DNA from: Candidatus Saccharimonadota bacterium | Lineage (GTDB): Bacteria; Patescibacteriota; Saccharimonadia; Saccharimonadales; SZUA-47 | Direction: 5' to 3' | Assembly (NCBI GenBank): GCA_016700315.1 | Contig: CP065013.1 | Coordinates: 193,449 to 257,448, forward strand | Length of the DNA: 64,000 bases | Part shown: positions 41,334 through 50,124 of the stretch, in pieces | Layout of the letters: the number at the start of each line of letters is the position of its first letter | Position numbering within the stretch: the stretch's first letter is position 1 | Program-made: the position numbers and the translations under genes | Notes under the pieces: generated by a model | The model's input: the letters and a program-made list of their open reading frames with translations, nothing else | The model's database searches: none | What the model was told of the DNA's origin: nothing

Positions 41334-41553
41334 ATTAATATGCCCGTTGGCATATTAACTACCATGAGAAGCTGAGTCCCGCTTTCCTTCCTTGCTGACT
41401 AGATGTTGTAGGTAATGACGATGATTTGTCATTGCTACAATTCAGATAGGTCAAGAAGGAACGAGTACGGGTCGTTTCTTTGCCTACTTTCTTATTGACA
41501 TAAGAAAGTAGGGCGGCAAAGCTAGGGCTGATAGGCCAAGCGCCGAAATGGAA
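41334..41553 (+). repeat. structured repeat element, copy C (short variant)
   Basis: Perfect 5' hairpin TTAATATGC/GCATATTAA, then CTGAGTCCCGCTTTCCTTC, a different central hairpin, and a 3' module whose stem carries a compensatory change. Confidence 0.75.
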
Positions 41554-41657
41554 TTAGAGAAGCTAATAAACCTTAAGAAATTTGCCCCCAAACTGTTGCA
41601 CCCCAAATCCATCTCTGTTATAATAACTATCAATAAATATGACGCGAGGACAGAACA

Positions 41658-42200
41658 ATTAACAAATACACCCGCATAAACGAGGCGATTCGCGCGCCAC
41701 TTTTGCGTGTCATAAGTGAAGACGGAAGTCAGCTTGGCGTTCTTAGTCGCCGCGAGGCGATAGATGCCGCAAAAGCTGCCGAGCTGGATCTTGTAGAGGT
41801 TTCGCCAAATGCCAACCCCCCTGTTTGTAAAATTGTCGATTGGGGCAAATACAACTACCAGCAAACCAAACAAGCTCAAAAAAACAAGCGCACTGCCAAA
41901 ACAAGCGAGATCAAGCAGATGCGTTTTGGCCTGAAGATTAGCGACCACGACCTAGGTGTCAAAGCTCGCAAAATCCAGGAGTTCCTTGACGAAGGTAACA
42001 AGGTCAAGATCATGGTCGTTTACCGTGGTCGGGAGCTAGCGCATCGAGACATAGGCTTCAAGCTAGCCGACAAAATAGTTGCTCTGTTCGGAGAAAAAAT
42101 CAGCGTTGATCAAACTCCACAGTTCGCAGGAAAACAGCTAAGCTTCCAGATTCGACCCAGCCAAAACTACAAACCAAAACCACAAGACACAGAATCTTAA
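41658..42200 (+). CDS. infC: translation initiation factor IF-3, probable AUU start
   Basis: The conserved N-terminus INEAIRAPLLRVISEDG lies upstream of the first canonical start (TTG 41703). An in-frame ATT at 41658 has GAGGA 7 nt upstream, and a TGA stop closes the frame 5 codons (15 nt) upstream of that ATT. Confidence 0.8.
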   Translation: MNKYTRINEAIRAPLLRVISEDGSQLGVLSRREAIDAAKAAELDLVEVSPNANPPVCKIVDWGKYNYQQTKQAQKNKRTAKTSEIKQMRFGLKISDHDLGVKARKIQEFLDEGNKVKIMVVYRGRELAHRDIGFKLADKIVALFGEKISVDQTPQFAGKQLSFQIRPSQNYKPKPQDTES

Positions 42201-42231
42201 TAAATTTCATATCATTTCAGAAAGGATATAT

Positions 42232-42426
42232 ATGCCCAAACTAAAGACCCACAGCGGAACCAAAGACCGTGTTCGAATTACCAAGAACGGTAAGGTCTTG
42301 CGCCGCAAAGCGAGCGGCAATCACTTGCTGAGCAAGAAAAGTGAACGACGTAAGCGAACATTTGCCGGAGTAACTGAAGTTACAGGTAAAACTGCACGCA
42401 ACATGAAAAGAAAACTAGGAGTTTAA
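42232..42426 (+). CDS. rpmI: 50S ribosomal protein L35
   Basis: 64 aa starting MPKLKTHSGTKDR. Confidence 0.9.
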   Translation: MPKLKTHSGTKDRVRITKNGKVLRRKASGNHLLSKKSERRKRTFAGVTEVTGKTARNMKRKLGV

Positions 42427-42429
42427 TAA

Positions 42430-42774
42430 ATGAGAGTAAAAAGAGGCGTTACGGCCAGAGCCCGCCACAATAAGATCAGAAAAGCTACCAAGGGCTTTAC
42501 CAAGTCAAACCGCTCAAGCGTCAGACGTGGTAAGCAAGCCATCGTCAAAGCCCTAGAGAACGCACATCGCGACCGCCGAGAACGCAAACGAACGTTCAGA
42601 CAATTATGGAATGCTCGTATTAATGCTGCTGCCCGTCTAAACGGCACCACTTACAGCGTACTGATGAACGGCATCAAGAAAAATCAACTTGGCCTAGACC
42701 GCAAAGTCTTGGCAGAGCTTGCAGTTAATGAGCCAAAGGCTTTTGCCGAAGTTGTTAAAGCTGCCAGCAAATAA
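42430..42774 (+). CDS. rplT: 50S ribosomal protein L20
   Basis: Starts MRVKRGVTARARHNKI, the typical L20 N-terminus. Confidence 0.9.
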   Translation: MRVKRGVTARARHNKIRKATKGFTKSNRSSVRRGKQAIVKALENAHRDRRERKRTFRQLWNARINAAARLNGTTYSVLMNGIKKNQLGLDRKVLAELAVNEPKAFAEVVKAASK

Positions 42775-42795
42775 GTTCACTTTTTTAGGAACACT

Positions 42796-42826
42796 AAAAA
42801 CCACCGATAAACTTCGGTGGTTTTTT
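42796..42826 (+). terminator. rho-independent terminator after rplT
   Basis: CCACCGA-TAAAC-TTCGGTGG followed by TTTTTT. Confidence 0.75.
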
Positions 42827-42840
42827 GCTATAATACAGAG

Positions 42841-43194
42841 GTGAGCTATTCGGCTGACCGCCCATACGGGAGGAAAGTCCGGGCAGCGCAGAGAACGACA
42901 GTTGTTAACGGCAACCAAGAGTAATCTTAGGGAAAGTGCCACAGAAACGACACAGCCTAACGCCCTAAAGGCGCGGCAATGGTGAAACGAGTGGGGTAAG
43001 AGCCCACAGTCTCTCGTGGTGACACGGGAGAGAGGTAAACCCTGTCGGCTGCAAGGTAGTATCATCTAGCAGGCTTCTCGCCATGATGGTACGTTCAATA
43101 ATCCGCGACGAGCCGCATGGCAACATGCGGACAAGATAGATGGCCAGCCCCGCCTAACGGCGGGACAGAACCCGGCTTATAGAATAGCTCACAC
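42841..43194 (+). ncRNA. rnpB: RNase P RNA (bacterial type A-like)
   Basis: GGAGGAAAGTCCGGGC, AGGGAAAGTGCCACAGAAA, GGTAAGAGCCCAC and ACAGAACCCGGCTTA blocks. P1 pairs GTGAGCTATTC with GAATAGCTCAC. TATAAT lies at 42829-42834. Confidence 0.85.
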
Positions 43195-43242
43195 CTTTTA
43201 CTATTTGCCCTAAACAATTAAGGCACTTTGCCAAAATTCGCA

Positions 43243-44058
43243 CTAGCTTTCTTCTGCGTCTAAAGCCTTATTTACCTCAGCATCGGCCTCTTTGTTCAAC
43301 TCCCTAGGTACATGAGAAAATGAAATTTTTTGGAACTGTTCTGTTAACTGCTTGATTGATTCGTGTATCGGCCACAGATCACGATTTCGAACCTTGAAGA
43401 TACCCTTCATTTGGTTAACCACGAGTAGCGAATCCATCCGCACATCGACTTCCCTGACGTGGTTACTTAAGCACCACTCCAAACCAATCTTCAGAGCCTG
43501 GTACTCCGCCTGGTTGTTGGTGGTAATCCCAAGATACTTAGAACCGCTGGCAATAGGCTTTTTTGCTTCATCAAATACCGCCCAGCCCGACGCCGAAGGA
43601 CCAGGGTTTCCCCTAGAACCGCCATCGGCGTAAAGCATAACTTTGCCTGGCACCTTGCTGGTTTTGTCGCCGGCAGGTTCGTTATAAACAACCTCATAGT
43701 AAGGCTCGGGGCTTTCATACGGCGTATAGTCAAAAGTAACTAACTTCACTGGCAAGTCAACTTGCTGGTCGTCGTTATAACTTTGTCGGTACACCGCCAA
43801 CAGATCAGCAGCATCCTCAAAGTCGCCATTCGGTACCTCGCCACGCTTCAGCTGACCAAGGCTATATATATCCGTCGCAGTGATCTGCCCTTGTCCTAAA
43901 ATCAGCCACTGCGCTGGGTTGGTAGCACTTGTTTTGTCTACCACCCGAAATTCATCTCCCGCTCTTAGATCTTTGTCGTCGATTAAGCGTAAAGTGTAAT
44001 TATTCGGGCCTGCCACCAGCCTAAGAGCCCTACCGTGATCAAATTTTAGTTGTTTCAT
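43243..44058 (-). CDS. RNase HI domain protein with extra N-terminal domain
   Basis: The C-terminal half has ADGGSRGNPGPSA, NNQAEYQAL and DS..V motifs. The ~130-aa N-terminal domain is unassigned. The ATG at 44058 avoids overlap with the upstream gene. Confidence 0.7.
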   Translation of the reverse strand: MKQLKFDHGRALRLVAGPNNYTLRLIDDKDLRAGDEFRVVDKTSATNPAQWLILGQGQITATDIYSLGQLKRGEVPNGDFEDAADLLAVYRQSYNDDQQVDLPVKLVTFDYTPYESPEPYYEVVYNEPAGDKTSKVPGKVMLYADGGSRGNPGPSASGWAVFDEAKKPIASGSKYLGITTNNQAEYQALKIGLEWCLSNHVREVDVRMDSLLVVNQMKGIFKVRNRDLWPIHESIKQLTEQFQKISFSHVPRELNKEADAEVNKALDAEES

Positions 44059-44092
44059 TATTATATATTGTAGCGACAAACTCGCCTTAAAA

Positions 44093-44635
44093 CTATCGTA
44101 TAAATGGCAGGTGTCTAAAGTTGGCGTAGACAATGGCCGCTATATGACCATTGACTGGCAGCCGCACAACTCGAGCGCCAGGTACTAGCATATCAGCAAG
44201 CGGTACCACGTCATCACTTTTTGGTTGATAGCAAGTTACTTTGCTGCCCCTAAGGTCATTCACAGCCTGCTCAGATGCCCTAACAGACTCAATTAGCGCT
44301 ACGTACCTTTTGAAGTATCGTGGGCCAACTGAGTCCGCTCCCTGCACTTTTCCAGCAACCAAATGCAGGCTAGTCGACCTGTACTTACTGCCAAGGCAGA
44401 CTGCCAAACTAGCGCCGGCGCTAATACCATAAATTATTGAAGGCAATCCCGATTCTTCATAAACTTTTAGTAGACGTGCAAATTTATCAGCATAACTTTC
44501 ACCACTCCCCCACAACGCCTCAAAGTAAACTATTTTTCGGCGACGGAACAGATTCAGTAGCCCAATGTAACGGCGCTGAAGCCCACCATTCTCGCGGTCC
44601 CCAACCCCGGGGATATATAAAACCGAATAACTCAC
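44093..44635 (-). CDS. hypothetical alpha/beta-hydrolase-like protein
   Basis: 180 aa with GISAG, which resembles a GxSxG nucleophile elbow. Confidence 0.4.
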   Translation of the reverse strand: MSYSVLYIPGVGDRENGGLQRRYIGLLNLFRRRKIVYFEALWGSGESYADKFARLLKVYEESGLPSIIYGISAGASLAVCLGSKYRSTSLHLVAGKVQGADSVGPRYFKRYVALIESVRASEQAVNDLRGSKVTCYQPKSDDVVPLADMLVPGARVVRLPVNGHIAAIVYANFRHLPFIR

Positions 44636-44848
44636 TACTGAACCTCCAAACTTAAAGCAATAAGGCCACGTCCGATTATGCCGATTTGGCTACCTTTAAT
44701 CAATAACATATGGTCGGGTCGAACATACCCTACACGAACTGCTTAAAAGCTTGATGGAAGACTATTCCAGCACTGTTATCGTACTCGAAAAACTTAGAAA
44801 CGCTTGCAACACTAAGGCTAGTACCAGATTAGTAAAAAACTTAGTGTA

Positions 44849-45973
44849 TTAAGCCACTTCAGCTAATACACGCACAGGTGTTAATTGTTTTGCAGCTTTT
44901 TGAATACGTTGGCGATTACGAATTGCTTCTATACTACGAACGGCAATGACTTCCTGTTTCTGCGTAACTGATCCATCACAGTTTTGTTGTAGAGTCGATA
45001 AGTAGTTCACACCGATTTCTTCGGGTCGGTCGTGCCAACTAACGTGTGTATGTAAATCACTCTTTCCGGTTGCGTCTGCACCTTCACCGCACATCACAGC
45101 AAAATAGGTTTGTGCGTTATGCTTCTTCATTAAGCGTTGAGCCAATCGCATAGTACCACCACCAATTACCCAGTCATCTACGAATAGAACACGAAGCTGT
45201 TCGCCATCTGCAAGTTCATTGCCACGCTGCATGCCGAACCGCTTACTAGCTTCCACAATTTCATCAACCTTTTCCTGAAGCACATCAGGGTCTTCTAACT
45301 TACTGACCCTTGCAAAGTGTAAATTACCATCTAGGGTTGGGAATGGCTGACCATCTCTCGTCTGCTGCCAAGCAGCGTGCATAGCCAAACCGAACAACCG
45401 TCCACCTCTATCACAACCAATAACAATGTGTGGCTGTACATCTTCCATAAACTCAAGCACTGGTAATGCCATCTCAGGAAGGTCTTCTGGTTTTGTTGCT
45501 CCTAAGTCAAGATAACCACCAAATGGCTGTTGTACATTTCCGCCATTTAGCAATGAAGCGGGAAGCTGACTGATGAGCTGATTCTGCCTGCTTTGAGGCA
45601 TTTGTATAAAGTTCTGAATGGCAAGCTGTCCTAGAGTACGACCTAGCAATTCAGACTTTGGCTTAATAATTTCGTATTGAGAGAGCTTGGATTCACTTAT
45701 ACAACTCAACTCAGGATAGTATTCTAACTCAGGATAGTATTCTTTTTGTATTAAGTTCTCTTTGGGTAGCTGGATACTGTTGAGGTTTAACTTTTCTTCG
45801 TACCGTTCTGGTCTAATTGAGTAAGGATCGTCATAGTACTTAATTATGTAATTATTTTTGTCTTCCAGTGTATGTGGAATGAGGAGTTCATGTTTTGGCA
45901 GTTCTTTAATACGCCTTTCACTGAACGGGTCATATTCACCAAGCAAGGCTTCTAACCTAAACTCTTCTTCCAT
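44849..45973 (-). CDS. phosphoribosyltransferase-domain protein with unknown N-terminal region
   Basis: The C-terminal half has the type-I PRT motif VLFVDDWVIGGGT. The N-terminal ~180 aa are unassigned and include an 18-bp tandem duplication (EYYPEL x2). Confidence 0.55.
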   Translation of the reverse strand: MEEEFRLEALLGEYDPFSERRIKELPKHELLIPHTLEDKNNYIIKYYDDPYSIRPERYEEKLNLNSIQLPKENLIQKEYYPELEYYPELSCISESKLSQYEIIKPKSELLGRTLGQLAIQNFIQMPQSRQNQLISQLPASLLNGGNVQQPFGGYLDLGATKPEDLPEMALPVLEFMEDVQPHIVIGCDRGGRLFGLAMHAAWQQTRDGQPFPTLDGNLHFARVSKLEDPDVLQEKVDEIVEASKRFGMQRGNELADGEQLRVLFVDDWVIGGGTMRLAQRLMKKHNAQTYFAVMCGEGADATGKSDLHTHVSWHDRPEEIGVNYLSTLQQNCDGSVTQKQEVIAVRSIEAIRNRQRIQKAAKQLTPVRVLAEVA

Positions 45974-46116
45974 AATCTGTTGATTGTAACATAATTCAAC
46001 ACTTTATGCAAGAGCATAATTAAACGTACTGGAACTGGCAAACAACAGAGGTACGAGATAACTCACAAATTAAATGAACCCTGGGACGGGTTCATAAAAT
46101 CTGGAAATATCGATCG

Positions 46117-46192
46117 TGGTCGGGGATGCGAGACTTGAACTCACGACCTCACGACCCCCAGCCGTGCGCGCTACCAACTGCGCCAATCCCCG
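46117..46192 (-). tRNA. tRNA-Pro(GGG)
   Basis: The reverse complement folds as a cloverleaf: CGGGGAT acceptor, anticodon loop CTGGGGG, T-loop GTTCAAGTC, encoded CCA. Confidence 0.85.
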
Positions 46193-46377
46193 AATCTTAC
46201 CAAAAGTTAGCTCCAAGCGGCCGCAGATTTATCCGCTGTTACCTAAATTGGAAGCTTCTCACTCATAAACCACGGTTTACTTGCGTCTGCTTCCTATATG
46301 ATTTTGTTCAGAAAATCATAAAGGCCGCCCGAGCTAACGTACTAATTTTAACTCATGCACACTACACCATACAATTT

Positions 46378-46405
46378 AAAAACCTCCGAAATTACGGAGG
46401 TTTTT
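46378..46405 (-). terminator. bidirectional hairpin terminator after rpmB
   Basis: AAAACCTCCG-AAATTA-CGGAGGTTTT. Confidence 0.7.
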
Positions 46406-46437
46406 AAGTCATAGTGACGTTGACTATAGCCTATAGT

Positions 46438-46626
46438 CTAGAGCGTACCCTTTTTCTTCAAAGTACGAATAGCATCGGTACTCAATTTTAGACGAACCTT
46501 GCGGCCGTCAATTACCAAAGTCTTAGTTTGTAGGTTGGGCTTCCAGACTTTCTTGGTGTGGCGCTGCGAAAAACTGACATTACTGCCGTACTGCTTGCCC
46601 TTGCCCGTTAAATCACATTTTTGCAT
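46438..46626 (-). CDS. rpmB: 50S ribosomal protein L28
   Basis: 62 aa starting MQKCDLTGKGKQYGSNVSFSQRHTKKVWKPN. Confidence 0.9.
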   Translation of the reverse strand: MQKCDLTGKGKQYGSNVSFSQRHTKKVWKPNLQTKTLVIDGRKVRLKLSTDAIRTLKKKGTL

Positions 46627-46696
46627 AAGTCTTATTATAACCCAAAAACACCTTACAGGTCAACCATTTGAGCAACATTCAATAGACATGGGCAGC

Positions 46697-46806
46697 GATT
46701 AGGTTAGAGTGATTAGGGTCTAAGGTCTAGGGTCTAAGGTCTAATTCATACATGATACATAATACTACCCAGTGTTTAGATTTTCTCCTCCTCGTTCATA
46801 GTTCCG
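46697..46806. repeat. mosaic heptamer array, reverse orientation, with promoter-proximal module
   Basis: The reverse complement reads GGAACTATGAACGAGGAGGAGAAAATCTAAACACTGGGTAGTATT...GTATGAATTAGACCTTAGACCCTAGACCTTAGACCCTAATCACTCTAACC. Confidence 0.85.
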
Positions 46807-46857
46807 GGTAAGCTCCTTCCTTCGCGAAAACACTCATGGCAAGCTATAATGTAGCAA

Positions 46858-47481
46858 ATGGATAACCTACTACAGATCAAAGATGCCGTACCCATCGTCT
46901 TAGCCCTAATAATCTCTGCTGCGCCCCATGAAATGATGCATGCTTTCACCGCCTACAAGCTGGGCGACGATCTAGCTCATTCTCATGGCCGTATCTCTCT
47001 TAACCCCATGCGCCACATTGACCCGATATTAACCATAGCTCTGCCCTTTTTTAGTCTAGTGTTAGGTGGTGGCATTATTATGGCGGCTAAGCCAGTCCCC
47101 ATTAATACCTCACGTATCCGTGGCGGCGAAAATGGCCTTGCCTTAACTGCTCTGGCTGGTCCCCTAACCAATTTAGTCTTTGCTGGTTTGCTTTCTCTGC
47201 CACTAAACATGATGAGCCACGGCGGCCCAATTTTTGAGTTCACTAAGATTCTCTTCCTGGTTAACATCGGACTTTTTGTATTCAACATGTTGCCTATCCC
47301 ACCGCTAGACGGCTCACGGCTCGTCTACGCTATTGCTCCTCGCCCCGTTCAAAGAGTATTTGAGATTATAGAATCTCAGGGAATATTCTTTTTCCTAATT
47401 CTAATCATGATATTCGGGACTGCTATCTACCCAGTCATCGACAAAGCTCAAGCCCTACTAATTAACTTCTTTATCCGCTAA
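46858..47481 (+). CDS. site-2 protease (peptidase M50) family membrane metalloprotease
   Basis: HEMMH (HExxH) in TM1 and NMLPIPPLDGSRL as the second motif. TATAAT lies 7 nt upstream of the ATG and there is no SD. Confidence 0.8.
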   Translation: MDNLLQIKDAVPIVLALIISAAPHEMMHAFTAYKLGDDLAHSHGRISLNPMRHIDPILTIALPFFSLVLGGGIIMAAKPVPINTSRIRGGENGLALTALAGPLTNLVFAGLLSLPLNMMSHGGPIFEFTKILFLVNIGLFVFNMLPIPPLDGSRLVYAIAPRPVQRVFEIIESQGIFFFLILIMIFGTAIYPVIDKAQALLINFFIR

Positions 47482-48116
47482 ACTTTAGGCTCTAGGACCA
47501 CCAGTTTTGCCTGTTCCGCGCCTAGTTCTAGATTTTTTAGTTTGGCAGCGTTGCTTCTTGGAGATTCATCGACAGTCATACCTAGAGTATTCAAAGCTTC
47601 CTCTAAAGTCGGAGTTGGCATTTCGGTCTTAATGCCGCTGACAGTAAAGTATGTAGGAATCACAACACTTGGCTCCAATTTCTTGATTACTTTTAGCGCT
47701 CCCTCTGCATCTAACGTGAAGCCGCTGCCTCCAACAGGCACCATCAAAACATCAACATCCCCGATTTCTTCCACCTGTTGATCGGTGATATCTGGGTGGA
47801 TATGCCCCGCCATAACCACGTTTCCATCAAGGGCCGTAAACTTAAATACTGTGGCAGTTTTTTTACCTTCTTCATCACGATGACCTCTTACACCAACTGC
47901 TTTTACAGAAATGTCGCCGACTTCATATTCACCCGGCACAGAGAGTAGCAGTCTACCGCCATCGGCAACCGGAATCGCAACATCGGTCTGTACGCTTACA
48001 TCATCAGCTTTAGTTATAGACTTCTTACCCTGCACGGCCAAAGTATCATCAACTATTATCCGAGTTTTCTTAGTCTCGAGTCTAATAGCATTAGCGCCGT
48101 AGTATTCAATATCCAT
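47478..48116 (-). CDS. MBL-fold hydrolase-like protein (degenerate)
   Basis: 212 aa. The N-terminus MDIEYYGANAIRLE...IIVDD resembles the UlaG/UPF0173-type beta-lactamase fold, but no clear HxHxDH is seen. Confidence 0.4.
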   Translation of the reverse strand: MDIEYYGANAIRLETKKTRIIVDDTLAVQGKKSITKADDVSVQTDVAIPVADGGRLLLSVPGEYEVGDISVKAVGVRGHRDEEGKKTATVFKFTALDGNVVMAGHIHPDITDQQVEEIGDVDVLMVPVGGSGFTLDAEGALKVIKKLEPSVVIPTYFTVSGIKTEMPTPTLEEALNTLGMTVDESPRSNAAKLKNLELGAEQAKLVVLEPKV

Positions 48117-48127
48117 TTTTTGCCTTT

Positions 48128-48763
48128 CTATTTAGAAAAAATTTTATTTTTATCCATTACGATCTGTTTTTTGGATTCTTCTAGCTGGCTCCAAAAGCGG
48201 TCTCGCACTTGTGATCGATAAAGTGCTTCATCGGCGGTAAAACTGGCATATCTTAGCTCAACTCCCTCCGACTTTTCCATTTCTGCGACCAAGTTGGCTA
48301 GTTTAGTTGGGTTTACATCACCAACCACCAAAACATCTATCGGCGCCGTCTCATCCCTAGTTAAGTGTCCCGAGTAAACTACCGCGTCAACGTTGCCAAC
48401 AGATCGCCACTTACGAGCATCGTTACTAGTGGTGGTGACTGCCGCCAACTCCTCACCTAACTCTTTTGTGGCTTCACTGGTCTCAGCCTCGCTATCTGGC
48501 ACAGATACGGCGCTGCCAAAAATCGCATTCAGTGATTTATAGAATTCGTAATCTTTATTGACCTGATAATACAGCCTGTTCTCAGCCGTATCCGAACTTA
48601 TCAAACCAACGCTTAGCAAATTAGATAATTCGCGACGAACAGAGTTAATTTGTTCATCTATCTTACGAGTTATTTCTCGGACATAAAAAGATCGCTCAGG
48701 ATTACCATAAAACAGGTACAAAAGCTTCACTCTTGTTTTCGAACCAAACAACTGTTCAATCAT
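48128..48763 (-). CDS. winged-helix transcriptional regulator-like protein
   Basis: The N-terminal segment FGSKTRVKLLYLFYGNPERSFYVREITRKIDEQINSVRRELSNLLSVGLI is typical of an ArsR-like wHTH. Confidence 0.5.
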   Translation of the reverse strand: MIEQLFGSKTRVKLLYLFYGNPERSFYVREITRKIDEQINSVRRELSNLLSVGLISSDTAENRLYYQVNKDYEFYKSLNAIFGSAVSVPDSEAETSEATKELGEELAAVTTTSNDARKWRSVGNVDAVVYSGHLTRDETAPIDVLVVGDVNPTKLANLVAEMEKSEGVELRYASFTADEALYRSQVRDRFWSQLEESKKQIVMDKNKIFSK

Positions 48764-48984
48764 TATCTTGCCCTCCTCATAATCCTATTGTATCAAAAAA
48801 AGGTTCACCATACATGCTGTTTAGTCATAACGAACACACAAATTACATCATCTGCCTTAATAAACAGACCAAAAGGCCCACCAGCCATCAACCAGCTTGC
48901 CTACCCAATTCTCTCATACCCCCCTATTGCGGCCTACAAAACCGTGTTCCTATGATCTGCTATAGCAGATCATAGGAACACGGA

Positions 48985-49764
48985 TCAAATAAGGTAGGAG
49001 AGGGCAGATTCGGCTGAGTCGAACCAGCGAATGTTGGGGTTTCGCTTGAACCAAGTCATCTGGCGCTTAGCTAGCTGATAGTCCCGAGTCGCAAAGGCCG
49101 CTTTTGCTTGATTCAGGTCAATCTCACCTCTTAGGTAATCAGAAAAAGCGCGATACCCCGGTGCGTCTAGCGCTTTAGCGCTTGGGTATTTTTTGTGAAG
49201 CATCGCTACCTCCTCAACAAACCCATTTTCGACCATCTTGTCTACTCGCACAGTCAATTTTTGTTTCAGCATTTCCCTCCCCGGATTCAGGCCAATAATA
49301 AATGTCCCTTCTCTGAGCGGAGATTTTGCATGTTCTGCCTCCGGCGCGCGGTGACGAGGATTAACCGAATCTCTGCCACCGCTTGCACCAGCGAAGTCGT
49401 AATCAAATATGACAGAGTCAACATACAGACCACTGCCGCCTATCATGATAGGCAACTTCCCGCGTTTGTTGATGTCTTCGATTGCTTGTAGTGCTAACTT
49501 CTTAAAATCCGCAACCGTAAAGGGCTCGTCTGGCTTAATCACGTCTATCAAGTGGTGTCGGACAGCGGCCTGCTCTTGCCGGCTGGGTTTAGCCGTGCCT
49601 ATGTCCATGTACTTATAGACTGTACGACTATCGGCACAAATGATCTCGCCATTTAATTTTCTGGCTAGCTCTATAGCTAGCGCTGTCTTGCCGCTGGCCG
49701 TAGGCCCAACGATGACTAGTAGATGGTATTTGGGAGTTGGCATTTGGAGGTTTCCGTGTAGCAT
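48985..49764 (-). CDS. miaA: tRNA dimethylallyltransferase
   Basis: GPTASGKT P-loop, DSRTVYKYMDIGTAKP and GGSGLY motifs. An alternative start is at 49743. Confidence 0.85.
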   Translation of the reverse strand: MLHGNLQMPTPKYHLLVIVGPTASGKTALAIELARKLNGEIICADSRTVYKYMDIGTAKPSRQEQAAVRHHLIDVIKPDEPFTVADFKKLALQAIEDINKRGKLPIMIGGSGLYVDSVIFDYDFAGASGGRDSVNPRHRAPEAEHAKSPLREGTFIIGLNPGREMLKQKLTVRVDKMVENGFVEEVAMLHKKYPSAKALDAPGYRAFSDYLRGEIDLNQAKAAFATRDYQLAKRQMTWFKRNPNIRWFDSAESALSYLI

Positions 49765-50121
49765 CTACTGCCTTCCATCTACCAAGGTTGGTTGCCAAAT
49801 TAGCTTATCAATATCAATTTGGTATGATTCAGCTTCGCCAAACACTTCAACCCCTTCGGCTTCAAGCATCAACTTTTGGGCTTCGCGCCCGCCGTGATAG
49901 CCGCTCGCTAGGCCACCTTTTTTATTAACCACTCGGTGCCAAGGTAGATCTTGCGGCCCAAAATGGGCTATCCCGCCAACTATTCTCGATGCTCTAGCGT
50001 TTCCGCACAACGCCGCTATTTGTCCATAAGTCATCACTCTGCCTGCCGGAATTTGCGCAACCAAAGCGTAGACTTTTCTTGCAAATTCTCCTCCCGGATG
50101 ATCAGCTCCATTAAACTTCAT
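49765..50121 (-). CDS. alkyltransferase-like (ATL) protein, MGMT family without the acceptor cysteine
   Basis: The MGMT DNA-binding domain carries PWHRVVN where active methyltransferases have PCHRV. Confidence 0.65.
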   Translation of the reverse strand: MKFNGADHPGGEFARKVYALVAQIPAGRVMTYGQIAALCGNARASRIVGGIAHFGPQDLPWHRVVNKKGGLASGYHGGREAQKLMLEAEGVEVFGEAESYQIDIDKLIWQPTLVDGRQ

Positions 50122-50124
50122 ATT

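Noticed and set aside
42694-43065. 123-aa ORF on the minus strand
   Set aside because: It lies antisense to RNase P RNA and the rplT 3' end. The RNase P conserved blocks explain the sequence.
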